This document shows positions 18,517 to 26,539 of a stretch of DNA of 59,302 bases, one piece after another. A program made the translations under genes and the position numbers. The stretch covers positions 1 through 59,302 of the forward strand of contig JALWKC010000089.1 in the NCBI GenBank assembly GCA_026996795.1, given 5' to 3'. The notes beneath the pieces are model-generated. The model saw only the letters and a program-made list of their open reading frames with translations, made no database searches and was not told the DNA's origin. Each line of letters starts with the position of its first letter. The stretch's first letter is position 1. Source of the stretch: Lysobacterales bacterium. GTDB lineage: Bacteria > Pseudomonadota > Gammaproteobacteria > Xanthomonadales > Marinicellaceae.

Positions 18517-18547
18517 CGAGTTCATGATTCGATCAGAGCTTCCCTAG
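18517..18547 (+). repeat. Truncated right end (~30 bp) of a subfamily-A MITE
   Basis: CGAGTTCATGATTCGATCAGAGCTTCCCTAG matches the last 30 nt of copies 1 and 6. Its CTAG supplies the TAG stop of the oxygenase-like gene. Confidence 0.7.
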
Positions 18548-19260
18548 CGAACGCGCGGCCCTTGCTGGACGTCCATTTTCGGGTGACGGAACCAGTAATT
18601 GGTGGCCACGGTGATCCGGGTGCCATCGCCTTTGTAGGGGCTGACTTCGTGCATCAGCCAGGAAGGGAAAATCAGCAGCTGGCCGGCCTGTAACTTGAAG
18701 ACCTGGTGCCCGAAGCCAAAAGGCGCTTTGGTCATTTGCAACAAGCCCGGATCCAGGTATTGATTGGCGGCGGGATTGGGGTGGAAAAACCGGGTCACGC
18801 CCGAATCCACCAGCGTTTGCCCCGGCGCTTCCCCGCTGTCCACGCAATACACCGCAGACCAGCTGGCCATGGGGTGATTGTGGTTCACAAAATAACCGTT
18901 TTTGCGTGTGATGTGGAACCAGGCGTCGGCGTAGACTTCAAATTCGTCCACGGTTTTACGTTTGTACTGGTTGACCATGCCGACCATTTCCAGCACGTGA
19001 TCGGTGATGGCGTTTTTCAGGCGCTGTACGCACGGTTCTTCCCAGGAAAACAGGTCGAAATGGCTCTCGAACAGCTCATCGGTGGCCACGGAGTTCTGGT
19101 TCGGATTCCGGTAATGAGTTCCTTCGGCCTCGCGTGCCAGAAACAGCGCTTTGAGTTCGGCGTTGAGGGACTCGGCATCCGGCAATGCCGCCACCCCGAA
19201 GGGCACGGCAAAGGCCGGAATAATTTGAATAGCCGGTGGCTGTTTCATGCGTGTTGCCAT
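18544..19260 (-). CDS. Putative 2OG-Fe(II) oxygenase-like protein (TIGR02466-type)
   Basis: 238 aa. Has an HxH...H arrangement (VNHNHP ... LMHEV) and an overall layout like the conserved hypothetical 2OG-FeII_Oxy_5 family. An alternative ATG lies at 19248. Confidence 0.65.
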   Translation of the reverse strand: MATRMKQPPAIQIIPAFAVPFGVAALPDAESLNAELKALFLAREAEGTHYRNPNQNSVATDELFESHFDLFSWEEPCVQRLKNAITDHVLEMVGMVNQYKRKTVDEFEVYADAWFHITRKNGYFVNHNHPMASWSAVYCVDSGEAPGQTLVDSGVTRFFHPNPAANQYLDPGLLQMTKAPFGFGHQVFKLQAGQLLIFPSWLMHEVSPYKGDGTRITVATNYWFRHPKMDVQQGPRVR

Positions 19261-19318
19261 TTCCTGGCCAAGACTGGCCGCGTTATCCTCAAGGAGGCAA
19301 GAGTCAGAAGCGATGTCA

Positions 19319-19358
19319 TTATTAACTTGGCATCAATATAGGCGATGCCAGGTTAATA
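19319..19358 (+). repeat. Type-2 repeat, copy B (40-bp minimal palindrome of the two termini)
   Basis: TTATTAACTTGGCATCAATATAGGCGATGCCAGGTTAATA. The TAA stop of the phosphatase gene (19353-19355) lies inside it. Confidence 0.7.
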
Positions 19359-19967
19359 CCGCTTTTTTGTGCTTGTCGTGGTGGCAGCCTTGACCGGCAG
19401 GTCTTCCAGTGTCACCACCATTTTCTTGCCCAGCAATCCTTCCAGCCCCGGCGGCCACCAACCAAAAGCCCGGGCGCGATCGAGTGCTTCGTTCACCGGC
19501 ACGCCTTTTTCATTGATCAACCAGGCAATGTAGGCCTCAGAAGCGCGATGACCGGAGCGGCAGTGCATCAATACCTTGCCCTGCTCACCGGCTAATGCCT
19601 GAGCCAGGGCCTTGGTCTGCTCCGGGCTGCGCGGAAATTCCTTGCCACCGATAGGGATCATCACATATTCAATACCCATCTTCTTCAATTCGGCGGCTTC
19701 ATCAAAACGCAGCGGCTTCATTTCTTCCGGTGTTCTGAAATTAATCACTTTGGTGATGCCGGCCTGCTTCAATCGTTGCAGGTCCGGGTAAAACGGCTGC
19801 GGCCCGATAAACAGGTTCTGATCGGCCGGGTACACCATCTGCAGGTAATCCGGGCGTGGCGGCGCCTTGACCGGTCGCGGTTGGGGCTGAGCCAACGCGG
19901 ACAGGCTGAACACCAGCACGACCAGCACGGCCAGCGGGGAAAAACGAAAACGACTTGGGTTGTGCAT
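19353..19967 (-). CDS. Exported Cys-based (CX5R) phosphatase-like protein (DSP/DUF442-like)
   Basis: Trimmed to ATG 19967 (GGAG 8 nt upstream); the longer track ORF runs into a repeat. Signal-like N-terminus FSPLAVLVVLVFSLSALA. Active-site motif HCRSGHRAS. Confidence 0.75.
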   Translation of the reverse strand: MHNPSRFRFSPLAVLVVLVFSLSALAQPQPRPVKAPPRPDYLQMVYPADQNLFIGPQPFYPDLQRLKQAGITKVINFRTPEEMKPLRFDEAAELKKMGIEYVMIPIGGKEFPRSPEQTKALAQALAGEQGKVLMHCRSGHRASEAYIAWLINEKGVPVNEALDRARAFGWWPPGLEGLLGKKMVVTLEDLPVKAATTTSTKKRY

Positions 19968-19978
19968 AAGTTTCTCCG

Positions 19979-20165
19979 TTATTAACCTGATATCAATATA
20001 GGCGATGCTCAGTCGTGATGCGCTGTTTGCCAGCAAGGCATCAACTCACCGCTGTAGTCATTCTACAGCAAGAGTTGATAACGCAGTCTGGCGGACAGCG
20101 CATCGCGGCTGAGCCTTTTTATATCAATGAGTTGGGCTTCATCTATATTGATGCCAGGTTAATAA
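19979..20165 (+). mobile_element. Type-2 structured repeat, copy C (187 bp, complete, with inverted termini)
   Basis: Termini TTATTAACCTGATATCAATATAG ... CTATATTGATGCCAGGTTAATAA. Long internal stem GCTCAGTCGTGATGCGCTGT / ACAGCGCATCGCGGCTGAGC enclosing a double hairpin. Confidence 0.75.
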
Positions 20166-20218
20166 ATAACGCCAAATAATGCGCAAGAATATCAGTTTTG
20201 GGGTCAGCTTGCCTGGAT

Positions 20219-21016
20219 TTACGAAAACAGCGTGGTGGCCATCTGACGCCGAAAAGCCGCGCGCGCGGCGGGGTCATCCACCAGATTGAGCGCATTCACC
20301 AGCGCCTGACGCACGGCATCGCGGTCATTGCCCGTGGTGTTTTCCAGCACCTGCAATAATGCCTTGACGCCGTTTTCCACTTCACCGGCGGCGATGTGGC
20401 CAATGGCGGAACCGATTTCCGGCTTGTCAGCCAGTTTTTCCTGCAAATCCAGCAACTGCAACGCGCTGGCCAGTTTTTCTGCCGCTGGCGAGGTGCGAAC
20501 ATCGTGAGGCAAGGCTTTCCAGATTTCGCGCGCCTTGTCCAGTTCGCCCTGTTGCATGAGCAACTGCACCAGTTGCAGGCGCGATTTATCATCATCGCGC
20601 TGCTGCAGTTTTTCCATGGCTACGTCTGTCTGGCCTTTTTCAATGGCGTCCTGAATGGCCAGCCATTCCTCGTCAGGGGCGCTTTCGATGTGTTTTTCGA
20701 TAAACTGGCGAATGGCGCCTTCAGGCTGCACGCCCATGAATTGATCGACAATTTCACCATTTCGGAATAGTGCCACCGTGGGCAGGGAACGGATGCCATA
20801 CTGCATGGCCAGCGCCTGCTCGGCGTCGGCGTTGACCTTGGCTAGGGCCACTTGACCGCCGTAGCTGCCCACCGCCTGATGCAAGACAGGCATCAACATG
20901 CGACAGGGGCCACACCAATCGGCCCAGAAATCCACCACCACGGGCCGCTTGAAAGATTCCTCGATGACTTTTTGCTGAAAATCCGCCTGAGTGGCGTCGT
21001 AAACATGTTCACTCAT
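20219..21016 (-). CDS. Thioredoxin-domain protein with C-terminal TPR-like domain (YbbN/CnoX-like)
   Basis: 265 aa. VVVDFWADWCGPCRMLMP thioredoxin active site followed by a helical repeat region. AAGGAA Shine-Dalgarno. Confidence 0.85.
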   Translation of the reverse strand: MSEHVYDATQADFQQKVIEESFKRPVVVDFWADWCGPCRMLMPVLHQAVGSYGGQVALAKVNADAEQALAMQYGIRSLPTVALFRNGEIVDQFMGVQPEGAIRQFIEKHIESAPDEEWLAIQDAIEKGQTDVAMEKLQQRDDDKSRLQLVQLLMQQGELDKAREIWKALPHDVRTSPAAEKLASALQLLDLQEKLADKPEIGSAIGHIAAGEVENGVKALLQVLENTTGNDRDAVRQALVNALNLVDDPAARAAFRRQMATTLFS

Positions 21017-21096
21017 GATTGTTCCTTAGTTGACCTTTATTTCGTTTGTCCTGTTTGTTCTGTCTTCTGGCTTATTCAACCGGTAAAACCCGGTTA

Positions 21097-21684
21097 TTAA
21101 CTGGCGGCAATATACGGGTTTTCGCCGGTGCTGTGGTCGGTGGCGTCCAACACGCCCTTGATTTCCGGAAAAGCCTGCAGCAGTTTGGATTCGATGCCCA
21201 TGCTGAGGGTCTGGCTGGCCATGCCACAACCGTGGCAGCCGCCACCAAACTCAATGATGGCATAGCCTTCATCGTCAAGGTCCACCAGTCGCGCCCAACC
21301 ACCGTGGCTGGCCAGTTGCGGATTAATCTCGCTGTTGAGGAACCATTCCACCCGTTCCTTGAGTGGCGCGTCCTGTCCCGGCTCCTTGCCCTTGAGGCCC
21401 GGGGCCTTGATATTAAGCTGACCGCCGGTTTCTGTTTCTTCATAATCAATTTCAGCACCTTGCAGGTATTTCTCGTGGTCTTTTTCCACCACGATCTTGA
21501 AGTCGCCCTGGTCCAGCGCTTCATCGCCTTCGGCCATTTCGTTTTCTTCACAGAAATTCAAATAGCAGTCGGCCATGGGCGTACCGGGGCGATCCACCAC
21601 CAGGCGCAGGTGCAAATCGTCGATGTCCTGCTCGTCGAGGACATTTTTCAGGTATTTTTTTGCCGGGTCAGTGACTGTAATCAT
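21097..21684 (-). CDS. nfuA: Fe-S cluster biogenesis protein NfuA
   Basis: 195 aa. A-type-like N-terminal domain plus an Nfu C-terminal domain with GGGCHGCGMASQTL. Confidence 0.9.
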   Translation of the reverse strand: MITVTDPAKKYLKNVLDEQDIDDLHLRLVVDRPGTPMADCYLNFCEENEMAEGDEALDQGDFKIVVEKDHEKYLQGAEIDYEETETGGQLNIKAPGLKGKEPGQDAPLKERVEWFLNSEINPQLASHGGWARLVDLDDEGYAIIEFGGGCHGCGMASQTLSMGIESKLLQAFPEIKGVLDATDHSTGENPYIAAS

Positions 21685-22703
21685 GCGATTTTTCCATACA
21701 GGTAAGGCAGGGATTCATCCAGGCGGTAATCAATGCCGGAATGTGTGCCATTGAACTCCTGATAAATATGTTCAATGGCGTGGTTTTCAAGGGCGTTGTG
21801 CAATCGGCGCATGCCGTAGTGAATCATGTACTGGTCGCGGCTGCCACAATCCATCCACAAGCCCTTGAGTTGAGACAGGTTGGCCGCAGAGCTGGCCACC
21901 CGCTGCACCGGGTCGTGTGCCTGCCAGCGCGCCCAGCGTTCGGGGAGGAGTTCACAGGTGTGTACGTCAAAGGGTAACTGGATGCTGGCCGGTTCATCCG
22001 CCGGATCATAGGTGGCAGCCATGCATAATGTCATCAGCGTGTGAATGTCTCCGCCGGTGACTTTCTTGCTTTTCCAGAAGCGTTTCAGAAAGTGCATTGG
22101 GTCACCGCCGTATTGGCTCAGGACATCGGCCACAACCGGGAAATCCCGTTGATACAGCACGTCGAAACCGGCATCGCCTGAGTGGTTGGCCACAGCACCC
22201 CACTGACCGGGCCAGTCCATTGCACAGCGCATGGCGGCAAAACCACCGGATGACTTGCCGAGCACGGCACGGTGCCGGGCTAGTGGGGCGATGCGAAAGC
22301 GATCAACCACTGCCGGCACCAATTCCTTGTGCAGAAAACTGGCATACTGGCCCATGCCGGGTGAGTCCAGGTACTGATTGCCGCCCAGATAGGTAAAGCA
22401 ATCCGGAAAAGCCATCACCACCGGCCCCATCAGGCCTTCGCCAATCAGGCGGTCCAGGCGCTCGGGCACGCTTTCTTCAAAGGCCCGCCAGGCGGTGCTT
22501 TTCAGTCCGCTGCCGGTGTAGGCCGCCAGGTAAAGCATAAACGGGTACTGCTTCGTGCTGGCGTCATAACCCGGTGGCAGGTACACGGGCACCTGGCGCT
22601 GGTGTGGGTCGCCCCAGGGGTTATTGCGCAGTAACTGGCTGTTTATGGTCAGCATTTCCAGCCGGCCGGCCGGGTATTGGCGAGGATGTTTGTAGCGGGA
22701 CAT
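21681..22703 (-). CDS. Esterase-family alpha/beta hydrolase (putative esterase, PF00756-like)
   Basis: 340 aa. VPVYLPPGYD motif and nucleophile elbow LGKSSGG. ATGA overlap with nfuA. Confidence 0.75.
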   Translation of the reverse strand: MSRYKHPRQYPAGRLEMLTINSQLLRNNPWGDPHQRQVPVYLPPGYDASTKQYPFMLYLAAYTGSGLKSTAWRAFEESVPERLDRLIGEGLMGPVVMAFPDCFTYLGGNQYLDSPGMGQYASFLHKELVPAVVDRFRIAPLARHRAVLGKSSGGFAAMRCAMDWPGQWGAVANHSGDAGFDVLYQRDFPVVADVLSQYGGDPMHFLKRFWKSKKVTGGDIHTLMTLCMAATYDPADEPASIQLPFDVHTCELLPERWARWQAHDPVQRVASSAANLSQLKGLWMDCGSRDQYMIHYGMRRLHNALENHAIEHIYQEFNGTHSGIDYRLDESLPYLYGKIA

Positions 22704-22705
22704 GA

Positions 22706-23653
22706 TCAGTTCCAGCGTTTGTTCAGGACTTCCGCCAGCTCATCAGGAATGGGCGCGGACACCACGGTGTCTTCCCCGTCATCGCGAAAAGTCAGGGAAC
22801 CGGCGTGCAGGAACAGGCGCTTGAGGCCCCGCTGCTGCATGAAGCGGTTGAATTTTTCGTCGCCATAGCGCTCGTCACCAGCCAGCGGATGACCGATATG
22901 GGCGGCGTGAGCGCGAATCTGGTGCGTGCGGCCGGTTTTCAGGTCGCATTCGGCCAGGGTTGCCTGGCGGTTGTAGTGTTCCACGGGGTTGAACACCGTG
23001 TGCGCTGACTTGCCACCGCGTTCATCGTCTTCCAGCACCGCCACCGTGCGCTCGCCGCCTTCGCGATTTTCCACATCAATGCGGGCCTGCACCGCCTGGC
23101 GGTCATTCAGGTGCCCCTTGAGCAAGGCGAAATAGGTCTTCTTGATGTCTTGTTGCTGCATTTGCTGCTGAAAGTCGCGCAAGGCCGGGCTGTTGCGGGC
23201 AATGACCACGCAACCGGAGGTATCCCGATCCAGTCGATGACAAAGCTGCAAATCCGGGTTCTGCTCCAACTGGCGGGCAATATCAATGAGGCCAAACGGT
23301 ACGCCGGTGCCCGCGTGCACCGCCATTCCCGAGGTTTTGTCGATAACCAGGTAATTGGGAGACTTGTACAGCACACGATCACGCACTAACTGCACCCATT
23401 TGTCCGGCACACGGATTTGCCCGCCGCCATCGGGAATCATAAACGGTGGCAGGCGAACCAGGTCGCCGCTGGCCAGTTTTTGTGTCTGCTTGGCGCGTTT
23501 GCCATTGACGCGAATCTGGCCGGTTCGCAAGGCCTTGTAAATCAGCGTCTTGGGGAAGTTTTTCAGTTTTTTTATCAGGTAATTGTCCACCCGTTGGCCA
23601 TCGGCTTCCGGCCCCACAGGCAGGATATTGGCCCGGTGTTGTGCATCGTTCAT
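22706..23653 (-). CDS. rluC: 23S rRNA pseudouridine synthase RluC-like (RluA family with S4 domain)
   Basis: 315 aa. S4 domain (QRVDNYLIKKLKNFPKTLIYKALRTGQIRVNGKR) and catalytic HRLDRDTSG. Confidence 0.85.
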   Translation of the reverse strand: MNDAQHRANILPVGPEADGQRVDNYLIKKLKNFPKTLIYKALRTGQIRVNGKRAKQTQKLASGDLVRLPPFMIPDGGGQIRVPDKWVQLVRDRVLYKSPNYLVIDKTSGMAVHAGTGVPFGLIDIARQLEQNPDLQLCHRLDRDTSGCVVIARNSPALRDFQQQMQQQDIKKTYFALLKGHLNDRQAVQARIDVENREGGERTVAVLEDDERGGKSAHTVFNPVEHYNRQATLAECDLKTGRTHQIRAHAAHIGHPLAGDERYGDEKFNRFMQQRGLKRLFLHAGSLTFRDDGEDTVVSAPIPDELAEVLNKRWN

Positions 23654-23813
23654 GAGTTAGTCTCGGGTTAGTCTTGAATCAATCGGGAATTGGGCGCATC
23701 ATACCACTGGCCAAGCCTGGCTACACCCGCCAGGGTGGGGTTTTATGCCGGTCTGGCAAAGGATAAATCGATGAGGAAAGTGCGCGACTGCCGTCAATTG
23801 GCAGCGAGCCCGG

Positions 23814-24908
23814 TTATTCCACGCCGGATTTGTCAGAGGCTGAAACAATGTCCGACTCGAACCAGGGCTTGCCGGCGCGATAATGGTCCAGGCGTTGGAG
23901 CATTTCACCCAGCAATTCATCGTCCTCATCCACCACCTCACGCACCAGATCAATGGCATTTTGCTGCGCGGCGATGGCGCTGGGGTAATCACGCAAGGCC
24001 GCGTGGATGGCCGCCTCGGTGTCGCGAAAACTCGCCACGGCATAGGCGTTGTCAGGCACGCTTTCCCAGTCCAGGGCCGACCACAGGCGCATAGCCTTTT
24101 CCGGGTTCCGGCACGCCTTGTCCCTGGCCGTAGCCAGTATCCAGGCGTGATTATTGAAAGACCACGGTTCACCCAGTTTTTCTGCCTGCGCGTAATAATG
24201 GCCGGCTTTGTGGCAGTCCGGCGTTTGCCCGAGCAGGCCCGACAGGTAAACATTGCCCAGAGATTGCAGGGCTTTGGCCACATGGCGCTGGCCAGCCAGT
24301 TCAAACCAGTCAAGGGCATTGGCATGGTCATCTTGAGTGGCTGCATGCTGGCCCAGCATCAAGGCGGCTTCCCCATGCCCCTGATCGGCCGCCTGTTGCA
24401 GCCAGTACAGGGCCTGCTGCAACACGGCCTCGGCAGGGTATTTGTCATCCACGAGTACGGGTTTGGCCTTTGGCCCAGCGGTGTTTTTGCGGCCCAAAGC
24501 CTGCTTTTCTTTTGTGCCCTGTTCCGCTTTCGCTGAGTCCGCCGCCTCCACGGCTGCCTCCCAGCGTTGATAGAGGTTTTTGCCCAACAGGAAAGCAATA
24601 TCCGATTGCTTTGACACGTTATCGATCAACAACCGGGGCAATGGCAACGGGGCCAGCCCCGGTTTTTTTTCTTCTTGCGGCTCTTGCGCGGGAGCCGAAG
24701 TAAAACTTTCGGCCTGTTTTCCTTCCCCTGCGGGGGTGACCACGCGACGTACCGGTTCTGGTGACTGAGCGCCTGTCGTTTTGGCTGCCAGTTCAGGGTT
24801 CTGCTGGGCCATTGCCAGTGGCATGACCAGCCAGGCGGCGAGTACCAGCATGAACCCGGTTCGTTGATGAGCGCGCCTAAACGGCGCCGTGACGCTGAGC
24901 TGAGGCAT
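23814..24908 (-). CDS. Exported Sel1-repeat (TPR-like) protein
   Basis: 364 aa. Signal-like FMLVLAAWLVMPLAMA. Sel1-type repeats (ALYWLQQAADQGHGEAALMLGQ...). Starts 3 nt after the Mur-ligase stop. Confidence 0.7.
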   Translation of the reverse strand: MPQLSVTAPFRRAHQRTGFMLVLAAWLVMPLAMAQQNPELAAKTTGAQSPEPVRRVVTPAGEGKQAESFTSAPAQEPQEEKKPGLAPLPLPRLLIDNVSKQSDIAFLLGKNLYQRWEAAVEAADSAKAEQGTKEKQALGRKNTAGPKAKPVLVDDKYPAEAVLQQALYWLQQAADQGHGEAALMLGQHAATQDDHANALDWFELAGQRHVAKALQSLGNVYLSGLLGQTPDCHKAGHYYAQAEKLGEPWSFNNHAWILATARDKACRNPEKAMRLWSALDWESVPDNAYAVASFRDTEAAIHAALRDYPSAIAAQQNAIDLVREVVDEDDELLGEMLQRLDHYRAGKPWFESDIVSASDKSGVE

Positions 24909-24911
24909 GGA

Positions 24912-26336
24912 TTACTTTCCGGTTTTCAGGCTGGGCACTTGTTTGGTAACTGCCGCCTGGTTATTGGTTGTCGTGTTATTCGTGACCAGTGACTGCCGCA
25001 CCGCGTGTTCAAAAGCCTCACCGCGTTGAGCGTAGTTGGCAAAGGCATCAAAACTGGGCGCGCCGGGAGAAAGCAGCACCGTGCCGCCTTTGGGCGTATG
25101 AATCTGCGCCAGCGCCACCGCTTCGGCCATGTTTTCTGCCCGCACAATGCGCGAAAGCAGCGGCTGTTGCTTCAAGGCCGCCAGGATACGGCTGGCATTT
25201 TCACCGGTCACAATCAGACACGCCGGTGGATTGGCGGCAATGGCCCGGGCAAATTCATCCCAATCCAGCTGGCGATCGTAGCCGCCCAGAATAAGGCCGG
25301 TGTTTCGCGGCTCAAGAGTGGCCAAAGCCGCCAGGCTGGCGTGAGGGGTGGAGGCAATGGAATCGTTGATCCAGTGCCACTGGCCGATGCGTCCCAAAGG
25401 CTGCAGGCGATGCGGCAAGGGCTGAAAACTTCGCGCCAATTCCAGGGCCTTTGCCACCGGCAGACCCAGTCCGTCAATGACTTCAAGCACTGCGGCCAGG
25501 TTTTGCAGGTTATGGCGGCCAGGCAAAACCCAGTCGCTGGCCCGGAAGACGGCCTGCCCCTGACACCGTACTTCATCGCCACTCACCTGCCATTGGGGTG
25601 TGCGGGCTTTTTTTAACCATGCCGGTGTGGCCAGACCCGCACCATGCAGACGGGACTCAAAATGCCCCAGTGGCTGACCCAGCACCGCCTGGCGGGCGTT
25701 TTCCAGCAACCGCAGCTTGTCGGTGTAATAGCGTGCTTCGCTGCCATGCCAGTCCAGGTGTTCTGGGAAGAGGTTCAACAACAACGCCACATCGGCAGAA
25801 ATGGTGCCGTCGGCGGCTTGATAACTGGAGGTTTCCAGCACCGTCCAGTCAGCCGGAAATTCCACCGTTTCCAGCAAGGCCACGCCAATGTTGCCGGCCA
25901 GGTTGACAGAAAAACCCAGTCCACGAAGAACGTGGGCCAGCAGGCTGGCGCTGGTGGATTTGCCCTTGGTTCCGGTGACCGCGATCACGCGACCGTGACG
26001 GTGGTAGGCAAACCACAGGGCCGTTGCCCCAACCATGGGCACCGACACGGTATCTGCCGGTGGCTGGTATGGGCTGATGCCCGGTGACTTGATGACCAGA
26101 TCAAAAGCATTCAGGCCATCGCTGGAAACCAGCTCGGTACAGAATTCCCAGTCACAAGCCGGAGCATCTGCCGGGGCCGGTTTTTCTTCGGGCCGGCAGA
26201 AAACCGTGAACCGGCAGCCGGGATGAAAACGGGCCAAATACGCCGCAGTGGCGCGGCCTTCCACACCAAACCCCCACACGGCAATGCGCAACTTCGACAA
26301 GTCCGCCGGGTCTGGAGGCAAGGGGGTTTCAGTCAT
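24912..26336 (-). CDS. Stand-alone MurD-like Mur ligase (candidate MurD2, UDP-MurNAc-L-Ala:L-Glu ligase)
   Basis: Rossmann-type N-terminus IAVWGFGVEGRA and Mur-ligase P-loop VTGTKGKST. It is not in a dcw cluster. I trimmed it to ATG 26336 because the 11 upstream codons of the track ORF lie inside a MITE. Confidence 0.65.
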   Translation of the reverse strand: MTETPLPPDPADLSKLRIAVWGFGVEGRATAAYLARFHPGCRFTVFCRPEEKPAPADAPACDWEFCTELVSSDGLNAFDLVIKSPGISPYQPPADTVSVPMVGATALWFAYHRHGRVIAVTGTKGKSTSASLLAHVLRGLGFSVNLAGNIGVALLETVEFPADWTVLETSSYQAADGTISADVALLLNLFPEHLDWHGSEARYYTDKLRLLENARQAVLGQPLGHFESRLHGAGLATPAWLKKARTPQWQVSGDEVRCQGQAVFRASDWVLPGRHNLQNLAAVLEVIDGLGLPVAKALELARSFQPLPHRLQPLGRIGQWHWINDSIASTPHASLAALATLEPRNTGLILGGYDRQLDWDEFARAIAANPPACLIVTGENASRILAALKQQPLLSRIVRAENMAEAVALAQIHTPKGGTVLLSPGAPSFDAFANYAQRGEAFEHAVRQSLVTNNTTTNNQAAVTKQVPSLKTGK

Positions 26337-26504
26337 TAGGGAAGCTCTGATTGAATCGTGACACGGCATCTTATGGCGTAAAATCGTCCATTTCTGCGTT
26401 GCAACCCTTCACAATAGCCTGGCTATTGCGTGCGGTTTGCGCCTTGAACTGAACAATTTTACACGACAATCTGCTCGCGCCAGATTCGATCAGAGCTTCC
26501 TTAG
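26336..26504 (-). mobile_element. MITE-like repeat, subfamily B, copy 2 (inverted; TTAG/TTAG flanks)
   Basis: Its reverse complement aligns end to end with 14516-14682 and 28711-28878. It occupies almost the whole spacer between the PP-loop gene and the Mur-ligase gene. Confidence 0.85.
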
Positions 26505-26539
26505 GAGATTCCGCATGCCGGCGCAGGAAAAGCATGACG

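Noticed and set aside
23655-23687. A possible degenerate MITE terminus (TTGAATCAATCGGG) and a tandem GTTAGTCT x2 just upstream of rluC.
   Set aside because: Only about 11 of 16 positions match the MITE end, there is no GGAAGC terminus or YTAR flank, and the 8-bp tandem could easily arise by chance.
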